From Lama glama (Eukaryota), in assembly GCA_028534125.1 (NCBI GenBank), contig CM052817.1, positions 932,001 through 996,000 on the forward strand: a stretch of 64,000 nucleotides of DNA, read 5' to 3'. The position numbers were made by a program, and so were the translations under genes. The notes under the pieces are model-generated. The model was not told the origin of the DNA, made no database searches, and worked only from the letters and a program-made list of their open reading frames with translations. Shown piece after piece: positions 23,330 to 34,302 of the stretch (positions within the stretch are counted from its first letter, which is position 1; each line of letters begins with the position of its first letter).

Positions 23330-25115
23330 CTTCCCATCCTCCACCCCATCTTTCTCTTTCCTCTAGAATGAAGCTGCTGTAAACATCTGTGTGCAGGTCT
23401 CTGTATGGATGGCAGTTTTCAGTTTGGGTAAACACCAAGGAGTGGGATCGCCGAGTCACACGGTGAAAGTGTTTACTTCTGTAAGAAGCCGCTGCACTGT
23501 CGTCCAAAGTGCCTGCGCCAGTCTGCGTTCCTGTGCGCAGTGGTGAGAGTCCTGTTGCTCCACATCCTCGCCAGCCCTTGCTGTTGTCAGTCTTCTGGCT
23601 TTCGGCCATTCTGACGGGCGTGGAGTGGTGTCTCACTTTAATTTGCATTTTCCTGATGGCATGATGTGGAGTGTCTTTTTATGCTCATTTGCCGTTTGCA
23701 TATCTTCTTTGGTGTCTGTTAAGATTTTTGGCCGGTTTTGTTTGGGTGGTTTATTTTCATACTGTGTTTTAAGAGTTCTTTGTATATTTTGGGTAACAGT
23801 CCTTTGTCACATAATGCCTTTTGCAGATACTCTCTCCCCATCTGTGACTTGTCTCCTCATCCTTTTGACATTGTCTTTCATAAAGCAGAAGGTGTTTTTT
23901 TTTGTTTGTTTTTTTACTGAAGTCCAGCGTATTAATGATCTCTTTCATGGATTTTTGCTTTGGTGTTGTATCTAGAAGGTCTAAAAGGTTGCTGCTAGAC
24001 CCAAGGTCCAGGTTTTCTTGAGGCTTTGTGCTTTTGCATTTTACATTTAGATTTATATCCATTTTGAGTTAATTTTTGTGAAGGGTGTGAAGTCTGTCTA
24101 GATTCATTTCTCCTTGCCTGTAGATGTCCCATTGTTACAGCACCATTTGTAGAAAAGACTGTCTTTTTCTTGAGGGAACGTTGGTTTATAGTACGTTTCG
24201 TGTGTGCAACATTGTATTCCTACTTCTGTCTGCCACAGTGTGCTCACCCCCAGAAAGTCAGTTTCCATCTGTCACCATGCAGCTGGCCCCTTTACCCGTG
24301 TCACCTCCCCCCTCACCTTTTCTCTGATAACCACGACTCTTCTCTGTATCTCCGTGTTGGGTGTGTTCATTTATTTTGTCTTTAAAAAAGACTATCTTTG
24401 CTCCAGTGTGTCGTCTTTGCTCCTTTGTCAAAGATGAGTTGCCTCTATTTGAGGGTCTGCTGCTGGTTTCTCCGGCCTGCTCTACTGACCTTTTTCCTGC
24501 CTGTCATCTTGCCGACATGACACCGCTCCGTCACCTTCACGGCGCCTGGAGGCCCAGCGCGCCAGCTCCAGCTTGTCCGTCTCCAGTGCCGCGCCGGCCG
24601 TTCTTGGTCTTCTGCTTCCCCACCTGCGCGTCAGGGGCAGCCTTGGTATCTGCAGAGCAGCCTGTTGGGATTCTGAACGGGGTTGCGCTTGACCTGCAGA
24701 TCAAGTTAGGACGAACGGACATCCTGGTGGTACTGAGCCATCCTGTCCCTGAATGTGGAACGTCTTTCCGTTTGTTTAGCTTTTCTTTGCTCCTCCTCAC
24801 CAGGGGTTTATAGTTTTCCGCACTGGGGTCTTGTACGTGTTTTGCTGGGTTTATTCTCAAGTGTTCCACTTTTTTGAGTGCAGACTGTACCCGTTCACCA
24901 CTGTTGTGTGGGGAAGTGGTTGCCTCTTGTGTGTCATTAGCCTTGTCTCCTGTAGCCTTGTTACGGTTGCTTGTAGGTTCCAGGAGTTGTTTTATTCTTT
25001 CAGATTTTGCACATAGATGCTGATGTCATCTGTGAACAAAAGACAGTTTTAGTTCTCCCTTTCCAATTTATGTACCTTTTATTCCCTTTTCTTGTCTTAT
25101 TGTATTAGCTAGGAT
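23330..25115 (-). mobile_element. LINE-1 ORF2 fragment (L1MB-like) with nested L1 3' end at ~24170-24380
   Basis: Minus-strand ORF remnant MQIKVRHHSTPVRMA...DNSKGWRGCG. Antisense L1 motifs ttaatttgcattttcctgat, atccattttgagttaatttttgtg, atgtcatctgtgaacaaaagacagtttt. Confidence 0.85.
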
Positions 25116-26679
25116 GGCAGAGTATGTTTTATCTCATTTTGACCAATGCTGTAACTCTAACACCTAACATTTAGTGTCTGGCACTTTTTAGGTGCATTAT
25201 AAATTTTTGAAAGAAGGAAATATGAATGTTATGTCTCTTAATCGCTCAAATACTTTTCCTTTCTTTACCAGTCATAGGCCTTGGTGATTTGTTCAGATTT
25301 ATCTTTTAATCTATTAATTATACATTTAGTTGTATTTAGTCTGCTATATTCAACTCAGCTGTTGAATTTTTTTTATTTCAGTACCTAGTTCTCTTTTTCA
25401 AATCTGCGAGTTATGAAAAACTTCCTACGTTATTCTGTGGAAGACCTTGCATATCGCTCTGTGCCTAGCTCTGTGGGCGTCCCTCCCGGGTGGTGGCGGC
25501 TGTGTGCGATGTCACCTCTGTCTCCTGGCTCACCTCGGCAGGGAGCGCACCCAGGCTCTGGGCTGTAGAACACCCCCTGAGCAGCTTCCCAGCTGCCATG
25601 CAGGGCCTGCCAGTGCCACTCATTTTAGGCCCGTTTTTATCTGGGTTTCTTGGCTCAGGATTTGGGGCACCACAGCCTTGTGAGGCAAGAGTTCTCTAGG
25701 GTGATTCTGTCTCCCCAGGGGCCTCGGGTGGATGTTGCTGTGGCCCAGCCGTGGGCTGGCCAGTGGTGAGGCTCTGGTGACAGTGCTGTGACAGCCGACA
25801 CTCTGGTCTTCTCTGGGCGGTGCCTGTGGGCTGGCCCTCGGTCCCCAGGAACCGGAGTGCAGGTGAGAGGGTGCAGTCCTGTGCCACCGTGAGTGGCGGC
25901 GGGGCCAGATTCCAGCGCGGGCAGTGGCCTTCACGCTGTGCTCCGAACCGCGGCAGCTGCGCTCCGCCCTGCTGACCGGCCACCGCCGCGCGGGGGCCCT
26001 CAGCTCCGCACTGGCTGCCGAGCCCAGCCCTGAATCCTGTGGTCCTGTCCTGGGCAGCCCGTGCCCTGTGAGGCTCCGTGCTGTTCCTTCTTCGTTTCTG
26101 GACCTGAAGATTTCCCCTTTCTTGTTTTGAATTAGGCGATATAGCTAACCTTTTTTTTGTTTAAAAAAAATAATTTGGCCACCTTCACCAGAAACCTCCT
26201 GCAATGTGTTAACAGGTGACAGAACGTTAATGGAGTTCCTGACGTTGAATCGTCGTTTCTGGGCAAACCCTTTAGCCTTAGTGTCTTACCACGTAGCGCC
26301 TGGTGCTGCTGGCAGTCACGCTGCTCCTGGTCTGTGGCTCTTTTCTGCGTTCATTTTCCTGGCTTTGGTGTGAAAGCTGTGCCAGCCTCATGCATCATTT
26401 TGGGAAACTCCATCATTGCCTGTGTTCTGGAATGACTTAAACAGTAGGAATGGTACGTTTGCGTGCTGGATGGTACACAGCAGCTGGAGAGACCGAGCTG
26501 CTCCGTGTGTTGATGAGGGGGACGCGAGGACAGGGCCGTCGAGCCACTGCAGTGAGGGGCAGGAGTGACAGTGGGTGTGACGTGACTTGTGCGGGGACTC
26601 TCCTGCCATCCCCCGTCTCTCCACGTGGCTGGCCGCCGGGGTCTCCCCCTGGTGCTGGGATGACATGCTGCAGACGTTC

Positions 26680-27300
26680 TTTGTTCTGCTCAGTGGCGTT
26701 AAGTACACTCACATTGTGCAGCCGTCACCACCACCCGTCCCCAGAACTCTCTTCATCTTGCAAATCTGAAAGGCTGTCCCCACGAAAGCCACAGCTCCCC
26801 ATGCTCCCCTCTCCTGGCTCCTGGAGCTGCCGTTCTGCCGTCTGTCTTTATGGACTTGATCACTCACACAGGTGCAGTCACACAGTATTTGTCCTGTCGT
26901 GACTGTCTTATTTTACTCGGAATGTCCTCAGAACTCATCCAGGTTGTAGCAGGCGTCAGAGTGTCCTTCCTGTTTAGGGCTGAGGCGTGTCCTTTGTGTG
27001 GATGGACACTTGGGCTGCTTCCGCCTTTGCCTGTTGTGAACGGTGCTGTTCTGTACACGGGGTTCAGATATCTTTGAGACCCTGCTTTCAGTTCTTTTGG
27101 GTAAGTATCCAGAAGTGGAATTGCTGGGTCATATTAATTTTTTGAGGAACTTCCTAGTGTTTTCCACAGCAGCCGTGCCATTTTACATCCTATCAGCAGT
27201 GCACAGGGGTTCCAGTTTCTCCACGTCGTCACAGGCACCTGCTTTCTGTCTGTCTGACAGTGGCCGTCCTCGGATGAGAGCGTTGCTTTGGTTTGTTTTT
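26680..27300 (-). mobile_element. LINE-1 3' end (L1MB-like)
   Basis: Minus-strand ORF remnant ...RKDTLTPATTWMSSEDI...IRQSRQDKYC; tccccagaactctcttcatcttgcaaatctgaaa; tatccagaagtggaattgctgggtcata. Confidence 0.8.
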
Positions 27301-27729
27301 GTCTAGCAGCCGAATCTTGCTTCTGGTATTCCCTAAGCTAGGCTGCTTGGACTCTGCCCTGTGCGTGTGGAGACCTGGATTTATTTGGGCGGGGCTCCCC
27401 TTCCCCGGCGCACCTGCTGCGCTTGCCTCCCGCCCGCTCAGGCACCGGCCCAGCCACTCCCCCGGCTCGCTCTCTCCCCAGCGCCTTTAGGTGCTTGTCT
27501 CCTACTTTTGTCCAGTTAGGCTGATGTGAGCCAGACTAGGAAGCCTCACTGATTTACCTTCAGAAACAGTTCTGCGGAGTCAGAGCTCTCGTGTGTGTGC
27601 GGCTAAGCTGGACTTAGGGTGCTAAGTTGGCTCCTCTCCCCGGGCCCACCTCAGCTGCGTGGCTGCCACCCTGGCTGTTTCCGTGGGCGCAGGGGGTCGC
27701 AGCCCGGACAGCTCCTCACTGCTGCACAG

Positions 27730-27900
27730 CACATGCCAGCGTTCCTCTGCCGGATAGTTCTTTGCTGGGAGGCCACCCTGTGTGTTGAGGATGCTTAGCT
27801 GCACCCTTGACCGTCCCCAGTAGGTGTCACTAGCAGCCCCCAGACAATGCGGCACATCTCTGGGGAGCAGAGGTGTCCCCACTTGCGGACCAGCTGCTCC
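27730..27900. mobile_element. MER20-like hAT-Charlie DNA transposon fossil
   Basis: cctgtgtgttgaggatgcttagctgcacccttgacc...cagtaggtgtcactagcagcccccagacaatgc. Confidence 0.6.
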
Positions 27901-28726
27901 CCAGGGTCTGATGCGCCTGCGTGCCGCCTTCTCGGAGGAGTTTCGTTGGTGGCTGTCGTGCACTCTTGGTGGGTGTCATCCCAGCTGGAACGGGGCCTGC
28001 CTGTTACTATTCCAGGCTGCCCACCAGGTGTCCCCAACTGGGGCTGTAGCTGTGCCGGGAAGACCCCATGCCCCCGGGCCTCCCTCATCACTTGGTGAGT
28101 TGTGCAAATTAAGGCCCAGTAGTGCTGCCCGGACCAATTGGTCGTCACAGGAACGGTAACTGGGCTTCTCTGTTGACGTGGTGCTCCTTGTCAGGGCATT
28201 GACTTTGGGCCTGGTGTGGTGGGGGTCTGGGAGGGACTGGCCAGACTGAGCTGTCTCACTGTCCCCGCCAGGTGTGGGAGATGGGTTTTTGAGCTTTGCC
28301 GACCGGTCGTCTCAGGTGTGTCCTGGTCCCCCTCAGCTGTGACGTGAGGAACTGTGTTTGGTCGTCAGGGCCTCCCCTTAATCCCTCTCGCGGGCCTGGC
28401 TTTGTGGTCGCTGCCCCTGTGGCAGGCGAGCTGCCACAGGTGATCTGGCCTCCCAGGTGAGGGAGCAGGTGGGTGGGCACCCATGGCCCGCTGCTGGTCA
28501 GGATGGCAGCCTGCCTTCTGCCTGCTGGCTTGGTGTCCGCCCCTTTCCTTTCACTGCACCGTTTTGTGATTCTTGTGTGTCATTTTTGGGATACTGGACT
28601 TGCCTCCTGCGACCTATGAATTGCCTCAGTGAACCCCGCAGAGTGGTGGAGAGCTTTGTTGGCAGGCGCATTTCGGGCTCTAAACGTAGTACATTTCTTG
28701 TTCTTTTTGTGCTTCTGATTCCGCAG

Positions 28727-28814
28727 AGTGCTAAGAGCGGGAGCATCCGGGCTGAGTGGCACTCAGCCTCAGAAACAGTTGTCTTTCTGCTGGGAAGGCG
28801 GTCAGGGCGTGAAG
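28727..28814 (+). other. NSD2: 5' UTR part of the first coding exon of NSD2
   Basis: Pyrimidine tract plus ccgcag| acceptor at 28726; no ATG until 28815. Confidence 0.8.
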
Positions 28815-29351
28815 ATGAAGCAGGCCCCGGAGGTCGCTGGCGGCACAAATGGGAAGACGCAGAGCTGTGAAGTGAGCCGTGAGTGTTCCGTGTTCCTCAG
28901 CAAAGGCCCGCTCTCCGCAGGCCTGCAGGAGGGGGTGGTGCCCAAGTTCAACGGCCATGAGGCGCTGCCCTTCATCCCGACTGAGAAGCTGAAGGACCTC
29001 ACCTCCCGCGTCTTTAACGGAGAGCCCGGTGCTCACGATGCCAGGTTGCGTTTTGAGTCCCCGGAAATGAAGGGACTTGGGACACCGCCTAACACTACCC
29101 CTGTCAAAAATGGCTCTCCGGAAATAAAGCTGAAAATCACCAAGACGTACATGAATGGGAAACCTCTCTTTGAATCTTCCATCTGTGGCGACGGTGCTGC
29201 TGCTGGGCCCCCGTCAGAAGAGAACAGACACGGTCCAGAAAGTAAGGCGCGGAGGAGCAGGAAGAGAAGCATGAAGTACGACTCCTTGCTGGAGCAGGGC
29301 CTTGTGGAGGCAGCCCTGGTGTCCCGGATTTCGAGTCCCTCGGATAAAAAG
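28815..29351 (+). CDS. NSD2: NSD2 coding exon 1 (N-terminus, MKQAPE...SSPSDKK; 179 codons)
   Basis: Translation matches NSD2 ([63 protein letters not shown]). ATG context aagATGa; donor aag|gtattt. Confidence 0.95.
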
Positions 29352-29976
29352 GTATTTGAGACGAGGTCTGCCTGGGGCGCAGTGGCGAGCCTGGGGAGCC
29401 ACGAGGGGACACTCCGGGCATGGAGCACTCCTGGCGGGAGGCCCGAGGCCACGCTGACCGTGCTTGTGCCCCTGGATAGGAATGGGGCCTGGTGTGCAGA
29501 GGGCCCCTCGTCAAGCCTCCAGCCTCCTGGTTGGCCTGGGCTGTCGGTGGAGGCTGAGGCTCCTAGAGCCTCGAGACTTGGATGGTGGAGCTGAGACTCA
29601 CTGCCAGGTCCCGCCACGTCCTCGCCACTCGGGTCCTCTCTCCAGAGGAGCTTCAGCAGACTGGGGCTCAGAAGGGGTGGGAGGGTCAGAGTACGGATTC
29701 TTTGGCCGGTAGATGAAGACACCCACCGGGCCAGAGGATATAGGTTTATGTAGAGATCTTTGTAGTGTTGGGCACCTGCCCTGCGCCTTTTAGCTGAGGG
29801 CAGGAGACAGTTTCGATGCAGTGGTATCGAGGCTGCCACCTAAGAGCCAGTGAGGGAAAGCACCCTTTGTCAGAGGTGTGTGCGTGTGCGTGTGCGTGTC
29901 GGACCCCAGCCTGAGTGAGCCCCTGTCTTCTGTGGACGGAGGGCTGGTGTAGGGGCAGGCACTGGGTGTGTCTTTT

Positions 29977-30136
29977 TTTAAGGTTATTTTTGTTTGTTTG
30001 TTTTCTGGGAGGGGTGGGCAAGGGAGCCGGTAATTAGGTTTACTTATTTATTTACTTCTTAACAGGTGCTAGGGCTTGAGCCCAGGACCTCATGCGCGCT
30101 AAGCACACACTCTGCCACTGAGCTGTACCCTTCCCC
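29977..30136 (-). mobile_element. tRNA-derived SINE (camelid Vic-1-like) with TSD
   Basis: Reverse complement reads ggggaagggtacagctcagtggcagagtgtgtgcttagcgcgcatgaggtcctgggctcaagcccta...aaataaataagtaaacctaattacc. 15-bp TSD ctgg(g/a)tgtgtctttt at 29962-29976 and 30137-30151. Confidence 0.9.
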
Positions 30137-30166
30137 CTGGATGTGTCTTTTGTTGTTCATTGTCAG

Positions 30167-30329
30167 GTTCCAGCTAAGAAAGAATCCTGTGCAAACACGG
30201 GCAGAGACAAAGACCGCCAGCTGAAATACACCGTGGGCGATCTGGTGTGGTCCAAGGTGTCCGGGTACCCGTGGTGGCCGTGCATGGTCTCGGCGGACCC
30301 CCTCCTGCACAGCTACACCAAACTGAAAG
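30167..30329 (+). CDS. NSD2: NSD2 coding exon 2 (PWWP1 first half: [19 protein letters not shown])
   Basis: tgtcag| acceptor, aaag|gtactg donor; 163 nt, phase 0 to 1; PWWP motif. Confidence 0.97.
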
Positions 30330-33300
30330 GTACTGCGTGGGCTGCCCTTGCAGCGCTCTGCTCGGCCTCAGTTGCCTGCGTCTCTGGACTTCTCTCCTAC
30401 CCTTCCTTAAGTAGCCCTGCTTTGGTTCTTCCTTTCCTTTTTTTTGGTGTTAAAATACACAGACATAAAGTTTACCGTCTTAACCGTTCTGAGTGCGCAC
30501 TTGAGTGGTGTGAAGTGCGTCCCCACTGCTGGGCGGCCGTTCCTGCCTCCGTCGCCAGGCTTCTTTTCGTCCTGGGACTCTGAAATCCTGCCCTGTGAAG
30601 TGGGGAGCCCTCAGTCCCCCCACCCAGCCCTGGCAGCTGCTCTGCTCCCCACCCGCTGCCTTCCCCTTAAGACTGGTGATGTTGGACGTCTTTTTGTGTG
30701 TTTACCGGCCATTTCATACATCATGGTAACCAGGTTGCTTGGGGCGTTTGTTGTTAAGTTTATTGTGGTTCATCTCGCAACTTTGCCTAAGGTTGGTGAC
30801 TCAGATATGACACGTTGCCCTTGCTCTCTGTGTCCAAGTCAGGTATGTACCTTGTCTGACTGAGTTAGTACGATGGGGTGGCGGCCTTTGCCTTGTATTG
30901 CTCCTCAGGTTTTATGGTAAGTTTACTATTACTTAGATAGCCTGTGATTGCTTATGTCAGCATGACTTTCAGAAATAGTATTTCATACTAAGTTTGAGTT
31001 ACAAAGATGTCCCAGTTTATTTTATTAGGTCTGTGGGATGAAGGAAAAAAACTTGAAACAGTCATCTTTGGTGTCAAGGAAACCTGGGAATGTAAACCAG
31101 TACAGGGCACAGCTGAAGAGTATATTGAGAATGTGGTACGTTATTGACACAGATTAGAGCAGACACCAATTTAAACAGTAATTAGACAGGTCATGAAACA
31201 CATAAAAGCTCACGTGTGTTTGCAGGAGGAAAACAAGAGGTGGTGTGAGATTCTTGTGGAAAGTTCTTCTAGAGGAAAGTCTGCATTTGGTTTGAGGAAG
31301 GTGAGATGGGCTGACCCAGTTGGAGCCGACCCGTCACTGCCCAGGGGACCCGTGCCCCCGGAGCTGTGGTGAGCAGAGCGGTTGGTCGGCCCAGTGCTGC
31401 CAGCCGGTCAGCCTCACTTGGCTCTCGCCATGAGTGTGTGTCCCCTCTTGGTCTCGGGCTGGAGGCCTGAGCTCTTACAGGGGCAGTGCTGCTGGGAGTG
31501 AGGTACGGCGGTGCCTCTCCTGTGAACAGAGCTGATGGGCATGGATTCAGGAGGAAGAGGACTTTGCCTGGGTCCTGGGAGCCCCTCCCCGAGTCCTGGC
31601 CTGGCCTCCTGCCCCGGAGGCCCAGGCATGTGCCTGGGGGCCGGCTTCAGCTCTCACTCCATGGAGGACCCCAGAATCATGGGAGTCCCGTCCCAGGGCC
31701 TCAGGGACCCCGGGATGCACCCCGAGGTCTGGACTTGGTCGGAGCACGAGAAATACCCGCCGGGACTGAAGCAGGGCTGCTCTGCTGTGGTTGGCGTGGG
31801 CCTCTGCCTGCCTCTGCCTGCCCTTGGAACCGGGCGTGGGCCCCCCTCAGCCAGCACAGGTGGAAGCCAAGTGGGTTTCGGGCTTCTCGCCACTTGTTCA
31901 CGTAGCACATCGCAAGCACCTCTTGTGACTCTTCTAGTGTCCGGGATTTCTGCTCTGTGCACGTGGACCTCTGAGCATCTCAGACCCTGTGGCTGAAGGA
32001 GGCCCTGGCATCTCTTTGCTCCAGCTGCTGGGATTAGCTACCTCGCTGATTGCACTGTGTGTGTCCCCTGCCTTGGGGTCACATGAGTCCTGTGGTCTAC
32101 GCCAGCTGCTCCGAGTGATGTCCACACGACCACCACTCACCCAGCTCTCACTTCCCGTTTCTCCCCGCCAGCCCTCACTCTGGCTAAGTGCCTTCACACT
32201 TCGGCTTACGGCCTTGCAGCAGTGGCGTCCGAGTGGAGGCGCGGGCTCGGGGCCAGCTGGTTTGGGGCCAGCTCAGCTGGCTGCTCTGGTCGTGAACTGC
32301 TTAATGTTTTTAAACCTCAGTTTCCCTTTGTACGAAGAATGAAGATACTAACATCACTTTTTTGAAACGACCTTAGCGCAGTGACCAGTGAGTCAACCAT
32401 TGTCATTATCATCCTTTTTTTTTTTAACTTTTAAAGCCTGAATTTTTATTGTGCCCACCCCTCTGCCCTGGTCACCTGTAAGGCTTTTTCCTGTGAACAC
32501 TGCTGTTTGAGCAGGTGTTTCCCCTGCAGGAGCCTGGTCTTTGGTGATTTAATTTTAATAATTTTGGATCTATTTTTAGTGCTAACATAAAGTTGCCCGG
32601 TGCTCTCCCAGTTTTCGTAATGCCAAGTGGCTACACCTGGGGTCTGTCTTTTTAAAAAATATTTTATTTATTGTTTGCTTGTTTTTTCACTTGAAAACTT
32701 TTCAAGCCCACTGTTCAGAGTGGATAGTGCGTGGACACCTGCCTACCCTCAGCTGGTTGCCAGCCTTAAACACCTGACCTGCCCCGTCGCTGTCTTTCCG
32801 CACATGAACTCCGCCAGCCCGTCTGAACGCAGGCTGTAGACGTCGCAGCGCTTTGCCCCTACACGTCAGCGAGAGTCTGCTGAGGACAGGGGCAGCAGCC
32901 CGACCACACGTGGGAGGCGTCGCGTCGGCAGCTTGGTCCCTCGTGGGGTTCTGGCTTAGGCTTCCCGGGAGTCTTCAGTGTGTCCTCAGGCCTGCTCGCT
33001 CCTTCCTGCAGGACCGAGTCGGGCTGCATCGCGTTTGGCTGTCACGCCTTTTCCAGCCTCTGCGGCCCAGGGCAGCGCTCCCACCCCAGCCCCGCTCTTT
33101 GTGGCCACACTGGCCTTCTGAGCAGACTTGCGGCCACCTGGCCAGGCAGGTGTCTTGTGGGAAGGGCTCCGACTTGGCCCTCACGGAAGCCCTTGCAGGA
33201 AGAAGGGGTGCAGCTCCGCAGCGTGCTTCTCTAGGAATGGTGTCAGGGCGCCAGCGAGGGCGCCCGTGTGATCACAGCAAGATCAACTGCAGAAGACTGA

Positions 33301-34216
33301 TAACGTGCGTCTGAAAAGCATTCGAAAGGAAGAGAGCCAGGGCAAGCACCTTCCAGGCGAAGGGGGTTCAGATGACCTTTGAAAAGAAAAGGTCCGAGGA
33401 GCCTGTGAGGACAGCGCGGTGGCAGAGGACATGTGGGCTGCCCCACCTCGGAGGTGGGGGCAGCAGGGCTCTCCGGCCCCTTTCGTCCTCCATGAGCCAT
33501 CTGTGGTTGTGCTGGGAGACAGGCTCCCTGACTGCCCTGCTGTGGTTGTGGCTCTTCGCGACGACCCGCTGGCTTATCAGGTGGCTGTTGTTTGCTTTAT
33601 CATGTTCTGTGTTGAAGGGGCATTTCTCTTGGAAGGTGAGCTCCTCCTAGAAAGTAACTCATGCATCACAGTTCTCACTCCTTTTAATGCTCAGATTGTC
33701 CCAGATTTGGCCGGGGTAGCCCATGAAGCCCCTTTCACCTGTGTCCCTTCTGTGCATCTCCATCCCTCTTTGAGCAGTTCCTTACGTGGGACCCAGCTGA
33801 AGACGTTCTGGGCTTCTGTGGCACTTTCTTTGTCCCAGTCCTGGAATTGGCCATTTCTCAGAGGAAACCTGGATCCTCTGAGTGGAGAATGGCATGTAGA
33901 AGCCCAGGTCTGGGCTCCGGTTGCGTCCACAGCCACGGGAGACGGAGCAGTCACAGGGGTGTGTGAGGCAGGTCTCCGGCAGCGCTGAGCCCGGCTCCCA
34001 GGGTGCTCTCAGCCCAGGTCTGATTGCTCAGCCCGTGGTGTGCCGCGCCTCTGGGGAGTGGGAGTGAGGCTGGCCGTGCTGTGGGGGTTGAGGCATCCTT
34101 GCTGGGGAAGAATGGGGACCTGAGGACAGTGGGCCCCTGGCATGGAGGTGGCTCGGTGTGGGCTCCCTTAAAGCGGGGACTTTTTTCCCCCTCACACCAA
34201 CCCAGATTTTCTCCCT

Positions 34217-34302
34217 CTTCCTTCCTTCCTTCCTTCCTTCCTTCCTTCCTTGCTTCCTTCCTTCCTCCCTCCCTCCCTTCTTTCCTTCCTCTCTCTCTCT
34301 CT
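34217..34302 (+). repeat. (TTCC)n/(TCCC)n/(TC)n compound microsatellite
   Basis: Read directly. Confidence 0.95.

Noticed and set aside
29352..29594. ORF-track continuations past splice donors (also after 30329, 39390, 46032, 61791)
   Set aside because: NSD2 similarity stops at the GT donors; the extensions are GC-rich intron read-through.
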